From contig NC_069001.1 of the NCBI RefSeq assembly GCF_001194135.2, positions 9,682,750 to 9,738,774 on the forward strand: DNA of 56,025 nt. The letters run 5' to 3'. This stretch comes from Octopus bimaculoides (lineage: Eukaryota). The translations under genes and the position numbers were made by a program. The notes under the pieces were generated by a model. It was not told the DNA's origin and ran no database searches. It worked only from the letters and a program-made list of their open reading frames with translations. Positions 11,991 to 25,822 of the stretch are shown piece by piece (the first letter of the stretch is position 1; each line of letters opens with the position of its first letter).

Positions 11991-12362
11991 GTGGGTACGC
12001 AATGGCCCAGTAGTTAGGGCAGTGGGATCGCGGTTTCGATTCCCAGACCGAGCGTTATGAGTGTTTATTGAGCGAAAACGCCTAAAGCTCCACGAGGCTC
12101 CGGCGGAGGCTTGTGGTAGCGAACCCTGCTGTACTATTTCACCACAACTTTCTCTCACTCTTTCTTCCTGTTTCCGCTATACCTGTATTTCAAAGGGACC
12201 ACCTTTGTCACGCTCTGTATCAAGCTGAATCGCCCCGAGAACTACGTTAAGGGTACAAAGTGTCTGTTGAGTGCTCAGCAACTTGCACGTTAATTTCACG
12301 AGCAGGCTGTTCTGTTGATCGGATCAACTGGAACCCTCGTCGTCGTAACCGACGGAGTGCCA
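11991..12362 (+). mobile_element. SINE family C, near full length
   Basis: GCAATGGCCCAGTAGTTAGGGCAG (A-box), GGTTTCGATTCC (B-box), body, tail ending GACGGAGTGCCA. Confidence 0.9.
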
Positions 12363-12802
12363 CGAATTTCCNNNNNNNNNNNNNNNNNNNNNNNNNNNNN
12401 NNNNNNNNNNNNNNNNNNNNNNNNNNNNNNNNNNNNNNNNNNNNNNNNNNNNNNNNNNNNNNNNNNNNNNNNNNNNNNNNNNNNNNNNNNNNNNNNNNNN
12501 NNNNNNNNNNNNNNNNNNNNNNNNNNNNNNNNNNNNNNNNNNNNNNNNNNNNNNNNNNNNNNNNNNNNNNNNNNNNNNNNNNNNNNNNNNNNNNNNNNNN
12601 NNNNNNNNNNNNNNNNNNNNNNNNNNNNNNNNNNNNNNNNNNNNNNNNNNNNNNNNNNNNNNNNNNNNNNNNNNNNNNNNNNNNNNNNNNNNNNNNNNNN
12701 NNNNNNNNNNNNNNNNCTAGGGGCCTCACAGATCTAGGGACCTCACGGCTGTAGGCGCTTCACAGGTCTAAGGGCACATATTTTGTAGCCTAATATCAAC
12801 AG

Positions 12803-13175
12803 GATGGCAGTGTAGTAAGAAGCTTGCTTCCCAATAACTTGGTCCCAGGTTCAGTCCTACTGCATGGCACCTTGGGCAAGTGTATTCTACTATAGCCTCG
12901 AGCCGACCAAAGCTTTGTGAGTGGATTTGGTAGACAGAAACTGAAAGTAGCCCGTTTTATGTGTGTGTGTGTACCTGTGTTTGTCCCCAAATCATCGCTC
13001 GACAACCGCTGTCGGTGTGCTTACGTCCCCGTAACTTAGAGGTTCGAGAGACCGATAGAATACGTACTAGACTTAAAAGATAAGTCCTGGGGTCGAGTTG
13101 CTCGACTACAATACTTCAATGCGGCGCTCCAGCATGGCTGCAGACTGAAACAAGTAAAAGAATAAATAGATACCA
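12803..13175 (+). mobile_element. SINE family B, near full length
   Basis: GGTTCAGTCC B-box, CCTTGGGCAAGTG, central (TG)n, tail CTCCAGCATGGCTGCAGACTGAAACAAGTAAAAGA. Confidence 0.9.
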
Positions 13176-14620
13176 GAGGGCCTTGCGTATTGAGCTGTCC
13201 GGGAGGGCGGGCCATAATGCTACTAAAACTGCCCTGATTAGAACTGAGAATGCTATCCTCAGAAGTTAGGAACGGCATTACCACTAAGTTACAACAAATG
13301 TGAGTGCCATCGCCGGAACGGCAGTAATATTTGTAATTGAAAATATTAAGTAGCAACAAGAACATCAAGATGTGTGATGTCTCAGAAGAAGCAGCAACTA
13401 CAACGGCAACATCATGAAGAACAATATCATCGGTAACAGTAGTAGCAGGAACAACAACAACAACAGTGGTAGCAGTAGTAGCGAAAAACAACAACAACGA
13501 CAACTGCAACAACAACAACAACTAGAATAATTATAACGGCGATGACTAAAGAGATAGAACGGTTAAGTTCTTCAGCACACATCAAGAAAAAACATCTGTT
13601 CTTATCATTTTTTGGTACATGACAGAAAGCTTAAATTTAATTTGGTTTGTTTTTAGTCCCCGAGAAAGCTTTCACGAAGAATTTTCGGCTGCTAACTAAG
13701 AAAACCGCCTGTACCTATTTCAATCAATGTGATATTGTGCTTTAATTAGTCATGCCTTGCTAAGTTCCAAGCGAAGTGAGGGCTTCCTTCTGCGGGAGTA
13801 ATCTTCAGGTTTCTGCTTTTAGATGTAATTATCGTATATAAACAAACCACTCGAGTCGCAGCCCAAACCGCTGGCGCAAATTAGACACACGCAAGTCTAA
13901 TTTCAGCAGAAATCGGCAGCGGAAATAACGATCGCGCCATTATAAAAATAAATATTACACAAATAAACAAAATACATTAATAAATAGATAGATAGATAAT
14001 AACAACAGCAGCAACAACAACAACAAAGACATGAAGACAACATACGTATTATCAAACAAAATACAACACACAAAAAATCAGTAGACTGTACATCAACAGT
14101 ATAAACATGAAAACTATGATGAGAAAATATATAGGATATTATGTTGATTAATATATTCTACATGCGGAACATAAATATACATCATAGATGATCATCGGAG
14201 GAGTAAATAACGTGAATAGTACTTGAAATCCTGCTGCAATAATTTCACACTTAATTCTTCTTCTTCCTTGCTGTTGTTATTATATTCAACAAGATATATA
14301 TAAACAAATAAATGGGAAGACTGATGGCTAAATCTAATTTGCTTTACTAAGATTCTTGGCAAAATAATAACACATAAACCAAATGTGTTTTCGTTCTACA
14401 CAGGCCTTGTTATCTAGTTGTTTTCTGGGGGTTTTTTTTGTCGGTTATTTTTTTTTGTAAGGGTGCTTTTTTTAAAATCTTTTCATTAATTTATTTTTTA
14501 ATTATTTCTTTATTTACTTCTCATTTCAGGATGAGGAGGAGGAGGAGAAGAAAAGAGACGATGAGGATGAATAAACTTTAATTATGGTTTCGTATTTCAA
14601 TTTATTCTTTTTTTCATTTT

Positions 14621-14850
14621 TCGTTTTATCTAGTTTCAGCTTATGAGCTGTGGCCATGCTGGGGCACCGCCATTTGGTGTTTCTACACAATTTTACTTCA
14701 CGAATTGACATTTGGTGTATGAGAGAGTTTGATGCAGCTGCCCTCATCTGCACCTCCTGCCGCGAAGTTGGTTCATCTGCGACACCTGACAGGAAGAGGT
14801 CCAGCCTCATCTTGAAGACACCTACATCCACCCCATGCAGGTCTCTCTTT
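14621..14850 (-). mobile_element. CR1-like LINE 3' end (ORF2 C-terminus + 3' tail)
   Basis: Encodes RDLHGVDVGVFKMRLDLFLSGVADEPTSRQEVQMRAAASNSLIHQM, resembling the FK..LD.FL...DEP...A.SNS C-terminus of CR1-clade ORF2; second copy at 37682. Confidence 0.75.
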
Positions 14851-15169
14851 CAGACCTCCTTCCTGTTACTCCCTTGTCTTGTCTATTATTGTTGGTATTG
14901 TTGATGTTTAGCTCATGGCAAACCTAAGCTAATTTCTAATACTCGGCTACAAATTTCGAGTAAAACAAGCTGATCGATTAACAGAACGACCTAGTCATTG
15001 AAATATCGTACAATTTGCTGAGTATTCCACGGACGTCTGTAGTCTTAACATAAATCGACAGACAACCAGCATGCCATGGGTCTTTGAATTATTGTGACGG
15101 GTTTCCGAATAGTTTCCATGTCTGATTTCATTCACAATGCTTCGGTTAACATGCAGTTATGGCGAACGA

Positions 15170-15358
15170 TACACGTTTCAGTCGATGGAGTACGACCATG
15201 CTGGAGCACTGGTTTGAATGGCTTTTAGCCGAATGAATCGCTAACAGATATTTTCTTTAAATCCTGGTACTTACTCTATCGTTCTCTTTTGTCGAACAGC
15301 TAAGTTATGGAACGTAAACAAACCAAAGATTATCAAGCTTTGAGGGAGACAAATACAC

Positions 15359-15392
<34 letters not shown>

Positions 15393-15566
15393 GCACACGC
15401 ACGTATGGACTTCCGCACAGTTTCCGTTTACTAGATTCACTAACAAGTCATTGATCAACTCGTCGCTATAGGAAAAGCTGCTCGACCAAAGTACCGCACT
15501 GGGGGACTGAACCCAAAACCGCATGGTAGCAAACCGAGCTTCCCAACCACAAAGCCATGCATGCCT
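15170..15566 (-). mobile_element. SINE family B, old diverged copy
   Basis: CCATGCTGGAGCAC tail, central (TA)n, GGGACTGAACCC head. Confidence 0.75.
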
Positions 15567-16184
15567 CAACAATTTCTTCAATATGCAAATGATACCGGCA
15601 CGCTTAAATAACCTTGTGTATGGCCCACTTTAGGTCATGTGGCCCACTTTATGCGTCGTTGGTTTAGAAAGCTTTATGGTTCGTGGAGCAGTGAATATTC
15701 GTTACACTGAAGTAGATTCTAGATTTCTGGTTCAAACGCAGCTCTCAAATTTCCATACCATGAAACCTATTCAACCATGGGCCCAGGTACAGGGGGTGCA
15801 AGTGCACTCCTAGAATTTTTGTGGGGGTGCAAAATCAAAATTTGTCTCCCACGACTACTTACTTGTCACAGGTTTAGAAAATTGAATAAAAAGTGATCAT
15901 TAAAAAGTAACTTCTAGTTAGGTTTATTCTCAAAGAACAAAAATAGAAGGAAAAAAAACAAGACCTTGCTTGTAAGATTTTTGAACCTGGGTTTGTACCC
16001 TCTAAGCAAATTTCATTCTCGAGTCAGCGTATTTAACCTGATAATCATTTAATCAAACGAAAAAGAATTTTTTTTAAATAAGAGAAAACCACAAGCTAAC
16101 GAAGGACCTTGATCCTTCTCACACGGCCTGCTAGAAGTAGCATACGAATTTCCTCATAAGCACACTTGCTTATTATAAGTAAAT

Positions 16185-16300
16185 GAAGGCGAGTTCAGTC
16201 CCTCTGCGTGGCATCTTGGGCAAGAGACTTCTACTGTAACTTCGAGCCGACCAAAGCCTTGTTAGTGCATTAGGTAAACGGAAACTGAAAGCCAGTCGTG
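16185..16300 (+). mobile_element. SINE-B 5' fragment
   Basis: GAGTTCAGTCCCTCTGCGTGGCATCTTGGGCAAG..CGACCAAAGCCTTG..ACGGAAACTGAAAG. Confidence 0.75.
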
Positions 16301-17140
16301 TATAGACTAGTATTATAACCCAATTTCATTCGGGTCTACTCATGCCACTTTTAAAAGATGAGGAATTTTGTCCTAGAGGACATGCCTATCAATTGAATAT
16401 TCTTAACATGGGTGTGCAAATTTTCAGGTCAATCCGACCACATACTAACACTTTTGCCTGCACAAGTGTTTGAGAGACAACGTCCGCCTTTTCCAAAAAT
16501 TATATGTATATATATAATAATATATATAATATATAAATATACGCATATATCCATACATATATGTACATAACTACATCTATATGTATGCATACATGCATAT
16601 AGGTACAGGGTATAAAAAAAAACGTTAAACACAATGAGAAACGAAAACAGAAAACGAACTTTTTTCGAACAACGAAAAAAACAAACTGAGAAACGAAACA
16701 TTACTCATTTATCGTAAATTTATACGCTGAAATTGCTTTGAATTTGGGGTGAACCTGTTCAACGCTTAACGGATACAACAAGGCGAGTAGGATTTTAACA
16801 CTAAGTATTTAGTAAGACCTGTTGAAGAGAATTGAGGATTAATCCAGAATTCGAAATCAGGATACAGGTATATCAACAAACTAATTGTACAGTTTTCAGC
16901 TGAGTTAAAACGTTGATTTTTCTCTGCTCGTCGGCCCGATTTCTGTTGGTCTGTTATGATTTTTCAGTGAGTTTGGTACCTTGTTTGAGTATTTTAACTC
17001 TTATTTCTAGCAAGCTGGTACTTCGTGTATTTTCTATTATAACTATTATAAAATTTTATTGTTTTGCCACATTACGGCATCATTGCTTGCTGGCCACTAA
17101 TATTATTGTTATTATTATCGTAAATTATTTATATATTTAC

Positions 17141-17333
17141 TCTCTTTTACTTGTTTCAGTCATTTGACTGCGGCCATGCTGGAGCACCGCCTTTTAGTCG
17201 AGAAAATCGACCCCAGGTCTTATTTTTGTAAGCTTAGTACTTATGCTATCGGTTTCTTTTGCCGAACCGCTAAGTTACGGGGACGTAAACACACCAGCAT
17301 CGATTGTCAAGCGATGTTGGGGGTACAAACACA

Positions 17334-17371
<38 letters not shown>

Positions 17372-17543
17372 CATATATACGACGGGCTTCTTTCAGTTTC
17401 CGTCTACCAAATCCACTCACAAGGCTTTGGCCGGCCCGAGGCTATAGTAGAAGACACTTACTCGCCCAAGGTGCCACGCAGCGGGACAGAACCTGGAACC
17501 ATGTGGTTGGTAAGCAAGCTACTTACCACACAGCCACTCCTGG
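17141..17543 (-). mobile_element. SINE family B, full length and well conserved
   Basis: Complete tail, central (CA)n(TA)n and head; used here as the reference copy. Confidence 0.92.
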
Positions 17544-17679
17544 TCCTATGTAAGAATGATGAACAACTTTAATCAATTTTCAAGCCTTATTGGATTTCTC
17601 ATCAGAGGCGTCCACAACATTCTGACTGATAATGATAATAATGCTAATATCTATATCAATATTCATTCTAATATTTACT

Positions 17680-17860
17680 CGTGTGTGTGTGTTGGTGTGT
17701 TTGCGACCCCGTAAACTAGCAGTTCGGCAAAACGGTCCGATAGAATAAGTAGCAGGCTTTAAAAAAAAACAAAAAAACTGGGGTTCGATTCATTCGACTA
17801 AAAAATTCTACGCAGTGCTCCAGCATGGACGCAGACTGAATCAAGTGAAAGATAAAAAGC
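17680..17860 (+). mobile_element. SINE-B 3' half
   Basis: CCCCGTAAACTAGCAGTTCGGCAAAA..CGATAGAATAAGTA..CTCCAGCATGGACGCAGACTGAA. Confidence 0.75.
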
Positions 17861-18404
17861 AAAATATAAAGAACCCATCGTATTAACACACACACACAGA
17901 ACTAACTGACACACAGCTCTACACAATACCGTGCTCGTACTGACTCAGTCACTATTTACTGACACAAATACACACACACAGACACACACACATATTCATA
18001 CACAAACTCCCAGTGCCGTCACCGCCACCAAACTAACAACAGCAGACTGACATCCAGCAGTCAAGATATTAAACAAGAATACGCGAAGTTTAAACAGAAA
18101 TAGTAAAGCAGATTCACTGAAATACATTGCCGATATTCTTGTAACAAATGCTAGACAAGCTTTCATGAACTCTCACGTCTGTCTATGTTGTTAGCTTATA
18201 AGGTTTCTCATCTCCCCTGCGGTGGCGATTCACAGCCAGCTTTTATTGAGACCTCTGTTCTTCTGATCATCATATACAAATACAAATACACACACACACA
18301 CACACATATACACTCAATTGAGTGCTTGGTCTGAGAGTATGTGTATGTATTTATATGTATACATACATATACACACACACAGATAGACAGAGCATATATA
18401 GATG

Positions 18405-18443
18405 ACAGATAGATAGATAGATAGATTGATTGATTGATAAACT

Positions 18444-18481
<38 letters not shown>

Positions 18482-18492
18482 GAAATAAATAA

Positions 18493-18524
<32 letters not shown>

Positions 18525-18541
18525 AGAAATAGATAGATAGA
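18405..18541. repeat. (GATA)n tetranucleotide microsatellite
   Basis: Interrupted GATA run. Confidence 0.9.
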
Positions 18542-18984
18542 AAGACGAGTACAAAGTGTGTTTGTGTGTGTCTATGCGCACCTATGAAAATGTCTAATGT
18601 GGAAACATTATTTTGATGTGCATAGGAACTGCATTACCTGCCCGGATGTAGCTATAAACCAATCATCTAAAAATCATGGGTCAGACATTACATTTTGCTA
18701 TTTTCATAGCAGTCTTACTGTAAGCTTCCAGATTTTCGTACAAATATATCTACCATTCGTTTATCTAATTATACAGTTATACACCCTGTGTGTCTGCAGC
18801 ATTTTGATATTTTGATCATAGATAACAGGCCTGCACCAAAACAATTTTAAATCATAAAGTAATTAGGGAAGCTAATTCGCTGGAACGAATTCTAGTTTCT
18901 TTTAATGAACTCGAAGTAGGTGAGAAAATTCTAGAGTAATTCACCTCGGTTTTTCTTATCTTACTTTTTTTTTTTTTTAATCTT

Positions 18985-19442
18985 ATACTTATTTCAGTCA
19001 TTAGTCTGCGGCCGTGCTGAAGAATTTTTAGTCATGCGAATCGACCCCAGTAGTATTTTTTTTNNNNNNNNNNNNNNNNNNNNNNNNNNNNNNNNNNNNN
19101 NNNNNNNNNNNNNNNNNNNNNNNNNNNNNNNNNNNNNNNNNNNNNNNNNNNNNNNNNNNNNNNNNNNNNNNNNNNNNNNNNNNNNNNNNNNNNNNNNNNN
19201 NNNNNNNNNNNNNNNNNNNNNNNNNNNNNNNNNNNNNNNNNNNNNNNNNNNNNNNNNNNNNNNNNNNNNNNNNNNNNNNNNNNNNNNNNNNNNNNNNNNN
19301 NNNNNNNNNNNNNNNNNNNNNNNNNNNNNNNNNNNNNNNNNNNNNNNNNNNNNNNNNNNNNNNNNNNNNNNNNNNNNNNNNNNNNNNNNNNNNNNNNNNN
19401 NNNNNNNNNNNNNNNNNNNNNNNNNNNNNNNNNNNNNNNNNN

Positions 19443-19476
<34 letters not shown>

Positions 19477-19640
19477 CGGCCTTCTTTCAGTTTCCGTCTA
19501 CCAAATCCACTCCAGTCTTTGGTCGACCTGAGGCTAAGCTCTAGTAGAAGACACTTGCCCAAGGTGTCACGCAGCTGAATTGAACCCTGACCCATGTGGT
19601 TTGGAAGCAAACTTCTTATGACACAGCCAGGCCTACGTGT
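18985..19640 (-). mobile_element. SINE family B spanning an assembly gap
   Basis: Tail remnant before the gap; 5' half at 19474-19640 after (TA)n. Confidence 0.75.
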
Positions 19641-21398
19641 ATAACCACGCCTGCCTTACTTGTGGTTGTGTGTTTAAGAAATTTGAAACTACTTAGTTTC
19701 GAGTTCAAATAACAGTGTAGACCACTACATACTTTTTAATGGAATCTATCAGAGACAGTGCATCGTCTTTTCATCTACGAGCTGAATATCATCTTAATAA
19801 CCATAAATTATCTGAAGTCTTTAGGCTATTAACCCGTACGATGTACCATCGTAGTTCCTAAAAGCCCTCTGCCCACTCATACTAGCGGTTTAATGAGGTG
19901 TAGCGTTTGGAGTGGATTCTTTGGTGTACTGCACCGTGTTAACCAGTTCTTACTTAAAATCACAAGCTAACTTTGTATTTATAAAATGCAGAGTGGTTTT
20001 CTGTTATATCTCTCGGAAAAATACGAAATGCAACTTATAAGACGATAAATACAGTACAAATCATTAAAGCTATTAAAACATAAAAATCTGTTTGATTCAC
20101 GAATTTCTTTAAATTTCTACATCAGCATTTCCGAACCATTTTCTGTTTTTTCATCTATAGAGCCATTTGATTCCGATTTTACACAGGAGGACCCTCCTAG
20201 ACATTCAATGCTTCAACAGAATCCCATCATTTTTATATCCGAATATTTTTAGGAAGTTTGTAAAATAATTGCTGAAATATTTTGCATATTGCAGGAGTAT
20301 AAGCAATTTTATTGCTCATAAATTTTAACAACAAAATCTTATATGGACTCCTAAATCTCATATGAATCCCTAAGCGTTCCATTAATTAAAACAGCTCGGT
20401 AGCTCTGCTCTTCGCTTCTTAGTCGATTAGACTTAGAGCCATTCAAGTCATTGCTATGTCTGTATTTCTCGACGCCACATAACTGAAAACCACCACTTAG
20501 CTGTTATTTCTACATTTTCTTTGTCTGAACTGTCTTGCATATATTACTTCATTCAACTAGATTCTACATTTTGATTATGTATCATCATCGACCAGTAAAT
20601 AAAATATACTTTTACGTAGTAAATATGTAGTTCTTGAATTTAGTCTCTATCTCTTTATGAACTATTGTAATAACAAACACACAGCCACATCAACACTTTG
20701 TACTGACAATATGTCGCCACTACAAGTAGAACCAACAACAACAACAAAAAGAACATCATCTGCATTAAGTATATGTTGTTGCTATTATGCAAAAGTGTCG
20801 TAAATCCAAGACGTGGCTTTTTCAGAAAACAAAGAAAAATAGTCTCACCATTTCATTTCGTTAGGTGCATAAAATCGTAACTCCATGCATGTATGATATT
20901 TTCAGTCAATATTTTCGCAAAACTGTCGTATGTGGGACTTGCTACACTTTAAAAAAATTTTTAAACCGTTGTACTACACTTTGACAATTTTTATCTGAAG
21001 TAGCTGGAATTACAATAGTTTGACGAAAAGAACCGGCTATTGCAAGCAAATTTAAATATTGAAAAAAAAAATGTATTTGGCCACATTTGGACATACTAAT
21101 AGCAACAATATAGAGTCGAGCTGCTTGGCAAACACACTCTCTAGATTCAAACTTTGGCTTAATAGTATCACATGGCGATACGCCAACGGCACGTGCATCA
21201 AGTTTACAGTGGACAGAGCCGTCACTATTTTCATATTGTTAATATGCTAAATATTTAAGGTGGAAAGGATTATACTAATGGATAGAAACTACACACGGTG
21301 TTGCGAACGAAAATTAATACAAGAAACAAAAGAGACGGAAAGATGGATCATTTGACAGAAGGTTCCAATTCTTCAGTTGTTTATAATTAATAATAAAA

Positions 21399-21615
21399 AG
21401 ACGGTGAAAGGATAGAAATCGTTAGCATGCCGGACAAAATGTTTAGCGGCGTTTCTTACGGCTTTACTTTCCACCGAGGTCGACTCGGCCTTTCATCTTT
21501 TCAGGGTCGATAAGATAAGTACCATTAGAGCACAGGGTCCAATATAATAGAATGCTACCTCAGAACAAACACACAAAATCCACGTTTTGTATCTACAGTA
21601 GAAAGGATTATAGGT
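21399..21615 (+). mobile_element. SINE family A, diverged, short tail
   Basis: AATCGTTAGCATGCCGGACAAAATG..GAGGTCGACTCGGCCTTTCATC..GGGTCGATAAGATAAGTACC. Confidence 0.75.
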
Positions 21616-22749
21616 TTTAAGATCTCACTGGGACAACTTGGCTGGCATGTTGGTAGATTTAATTGTTACTAAAATTAAGTAAAAAGTGACATACGTTTAT
21701 ATGTGTGCGTAAGTTTATCGTATTCAAAGAATTTGTTTGTATAGTTAAGGGACAAAATGAATACGAATTTCTTACAAATTGATAGTAATAACGATTGCAC
21801 GTGAGGAGGGAGAGAGGGAAAGAAAGACAAGGAGGTAGAGAGAGAGAGAGAGAGAGTTAGACAGACAGGTCGATCGATAGACAGAGTTAGATAGCTAAAT
21901 AGATAGAGAGATAGAGAGATAGATAGATAGATAGATAGATGCATCTCTCTCACTATATATATAGAGAGGGGGAGAGGCACGCACACCCACTCACATACAC
22001 CTGCACACACACACACTTGCATATATGCTTCTTGTACACACACACACACACACCGACAGACATGATTGCTAAAACAGATTGAAGTGGTTCATGTACGAGC
22101 TTACATTACGTATGTTTTAACATTGTTCAGTTCTCGTCTAAAATTATAACAACTTCTTAGATATCGTTTTTAAAATAACGCAAAACCAGTCAAACAGATA
22201 TATATCCCCCCCCACACACACACACACGCATACAGACATTCACCTATCTCTACATCACACACACACACACACACATATACCCACGATATACGTAGAATAC
22301 ACACTCCTACGATTACCAACGCCTCGGCACGTGATTCTTACCAACAACACATATATACATATACATACACACTTCACACGTAGAAACACACAGAAAATAC
22401 ACATCGACCAGATTTAACGCCGCGATAACCACCTTAACACCTTAATAACTAAGCTCTCCCTACACCTGCCTCTCCCTTATATTACACCTAGAAGTAACAG
22501 CTGTATAACACTCATATACAAAACGTTGGCATACGTATAGATGTATAAATACATTTGAAACCGTGATATATATAAATACATTATATAAATACATTACATA
22601 AATACATTATATATAATACATACATATGTACGTGTGTGTGTGCGCACGCTTACGTGTACATACATAAATTATTTGTACATTATCGCACCAGTTTTGTCTT
22701 GTTTCTTTTTTTTAAGAATTCAAGTATTTTCAGTCAAACCCATACTCAT

Positions 22750-22790
<41 letters not shown>

Positions 22791-23381
22791 NNNNNNNNNN
22801 ATATATGCACACAGGTGTGCCTGTGTTTGTGTAGATAGACACGCGTGTAAATGAGTGTATGTGTGTGTGTGTGTAGGTAGGTAGATAGATATGCGAGAAA
22901 ATATGTAAACGTGTGTGTGTGTGTGTACACAGACAAGTGTAAACAAATTCATAATTGTGCGCGTACACACACAATCACAGATAGTGAGAGAGAGGGGGAG
23001 AGAGAGAAAGAGTGAGGTATACACGTAGAGACACATCTTGCAGATGAAAAGTAAAGAACGCATATTGAATTAATAGCATTAACGAAAGTATTCCGAGGCA
23101 AAGAGAGAGGGGAAAAAATGTCCTGAAAGAAAAGCTAAATATTGACAAATTCAATATATTTAGAACACTGAACCGTTGTTTAAACACACAAACAGGATAT
23201 GTACAATTTATGTTCACTTATAGATATACAAATGCTCTTCAGGGCTTAGCGTATACACAGATCTGTCTTTCGTTCTAACATCGATGTGCAAGCAAGCAGA
23301 GTTTTAAGGGAATGGAAGAATATATGCTTATATGAGTCAGTAGGACATATGCGGGAGATTGAAGTTCGAGACATGGGTTTG

Positions 23382-23412
<31 letters not shown>

Positions 23413-23423
23413 ATGTGTGTGTT

Positions 23424-23760
23424 CTTTTACCAGTCTTTTATTTCAGTCATTTGACTACAGCCATGCTGGAGCACCGCCTTTAGTCGAACAAAGCGACCCC
23501 AAGACTTATTCTTTGTAAGCCTAGTACTTATTCTATCGATCTCTTTTGCCGAACCGTTAAGTTACGGGAACGTAAACACACCAGCATCGGTTGGAGGGGA
23601 CAAACACAGAAATACACATACAGATATACGGCAGGCTTCTGTCAGTTTCCGTCTACCAAATCCACTCACAAGGCTTTGGTTGGCCCGAGGCTTATAGTAG
23701 AAGACACTTGCCCAAGGTGCCACGCGGTGGGACTGAACCAGGAACCATGTGGTTGGTAAG
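23424..23760 (-). mobile_element. SINE family B lacking the first ~30 nt of its head
   Basis: Tail through GGGACTGAACCAGGAACCATGTGGTTGGTAAGCA, then an abrupt switch to unrelated sequence. Confidence 0.88.
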
Positions 23761-24117
23761 CATCGCATGGGGGTGCGATTGGGTTGTGGTGTAAGGGATG
23801 AGAGGGTAAATGGAATGGAATAACCGAAAGAGTCACACAAGGAAAGGTCTCCCCCCTACATCGATATATTATAAAAATAGACACACAACCGCAGGGAGAG
23901 TGACAGGGAGCAATGTGGAATGAATATTTCCATTCCTGCCGAATTTCTTTTTTTTTATTTCTATTATTTATTTCATTGTCATAGCCTGTCACTAAATTGC
24001 TCATTAGTAGTGGAGCACTCTTAGTGACTGTGTGTCTGGATTAGATGAATTAATTGTATTTTGAGATTTGTAAGTGTCTGGTTGTTTCACCATGTTTCAA
24101 TTTGCTGTAATGTAGCC

Positions 24118-24257
24118 GGGGAGAGGGAGGAGAAAGAGGGAAGTAAAAAGAAGACAGAGAAAATAAGGGAGGAAAAGAGAGACGGAAGCTAGGAGAGAGA
24201 GAACAAGGGAGAAAGAGAGGGGACAGAGAAAAATGCAGTAGAAAGAGAATAGCAAGC

Positions 24258-24324
<67 letters not shown>

Positions 24325-24334
24325 NNNNNNNNNN

Positions 24335-24404
<70 letters not shown>

Positions 24405-24700
24405 AAGAGAGAGAAAATGAGGCAGAAAGGGAGAGACGAGTAAAGAGAGAGAATGAGAGAGAGAGAGAGAATGAGAGAGAGAGAGAGAATGAGAGAGAGA
24501 GGAGACAGAGGGAGAACATGAGAGAGAGAGACAGAGAAACTGAAGCAGAGGGACAGAGACGGACAAGCAGGCAGAGACAAAGAGAGAGAGAGAGAGAGAG
24601 TGAGAGAGAGGGGGTAGACAGGCAGAGAGTAAAAGTGTACGTGATTGATATAGCGATATAGAGAGACATTACTTAAAAGAGAGAGAGAGGGGGGGAGGGA
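24118..24700. repeat. ~580-bp polypurine (GA)n-rich tract
   Basis: Almost exclusively A/G on the + strand, including (GA)n and GAGAGAGAAT units. Confidence 0.9.
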
Positions 24701-25321
24701 GCAGTTGCTTGCTAAAGAGAAGCTGTTTGCGCATATTAACATAGAAAGCTTCATAATGGAGGCTGTGAGGAGTGTGAGAGAACGATAATGAAAGAAAGGG
24801 GTGTGTAGTACAGGGCGAGAGGGGATGGCACATACATGTGTTATAGTAAACAGTGACAACAGAAGTAATTAAAGACAACTGGAGGTGGTGGAGAGGGAGG
24901 TGGAGGAGCAGGAGGAGGCGGGGGGGCAACATGGAGATTGAATTACAGTTGTCATGTAAGAGAATAGAGACATCATAGGGAAGCTGGTCGGGGCAATGGG
25001 GTAGGTGTGGATACTGCTGCTGCTGCTGCTACTACTACTACTAAATACCCCGAGATAGTACGACTAGTTCTATCCTGTGTTTTTTTTGTTGTTGTTTTTT
25101 CTTTCGTGTGTGTGTGTAACTGTGTGTTTATGTCGAGTTAAAATAAAGACAATTTAACATTAAACTAATTAATTAATGCTTTTTTGGCAGAGCGCATGTT
25201 TATTATCCATTTACAAAAAGTAGAGTGACAGTAACTTCGAAGTATCGGTATTATGTACACACATACACACATATAAAACTAATCTACAATTGCACGTGAG
25301 GGCGTGATACAGATATTGTGT

Positions 25322-25380
25322 TACTGGACGCTCAGGAAAGGAAAGAAAGATAATTTGACGTTTCGAGCGGAGCTCTTCGT
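25322..25380. mobile_element. Penelope-like terminal motif fragment
   Basis: GACGCTCAGGAAAGG..TTTGACGTTTCGAGCGGAGCTCTTCGT, homologous to 2991-3040. Confidence 0.45.
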
Positions 25381-25822
25381 GTATATATATATATGTGTGT
25401 GTGTGTGTGTGCGTGTGTGTATTTTCAATGGGTACAAATAATACGGAATAAGTAAATAAATAGTTATCAGGGTAGTAAAAATTCAAGTACAAAGGATGTT
25501 ACAGCCTACTTATAAAGGTAGAAATTGCAGAGTTAAGTGAAATGCTTTTGTATGACATAGATAAATTAAGATATGGAGTCAAACGCAGGTGTTATTCAAA
25601 TCTTTATACTTCCGACATATACATCCACACGCAGACAGGAGCAAATATTTATAGATATTACTATTGCTATTGTTATCGAACGAGGGTTTTAACTCTTCTC
25701 TCTGATTGGTTTTAACTCTTCTTTATGATTGATTGATTGATATGTGTTTGTGTGTGTTTCTGGAGACAAATTTTCTTAAATTAAACATTTCTAATTATAT
25801 AAAAATTATTTTAAAAGATGTT

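Noticed and set aside
11991-12060. tRNA genes at SINE heads (also 27260-27328 and 29500-29570)
   Set aside because: A/B boxes are present but they run into SINE bodies, with no intact acceptor stem or terminator.
15583-15590. Isolated octamer ATGCAAAT
   Set aside because: Single 8-mer in AT-rich DNA with no supporting cluster.
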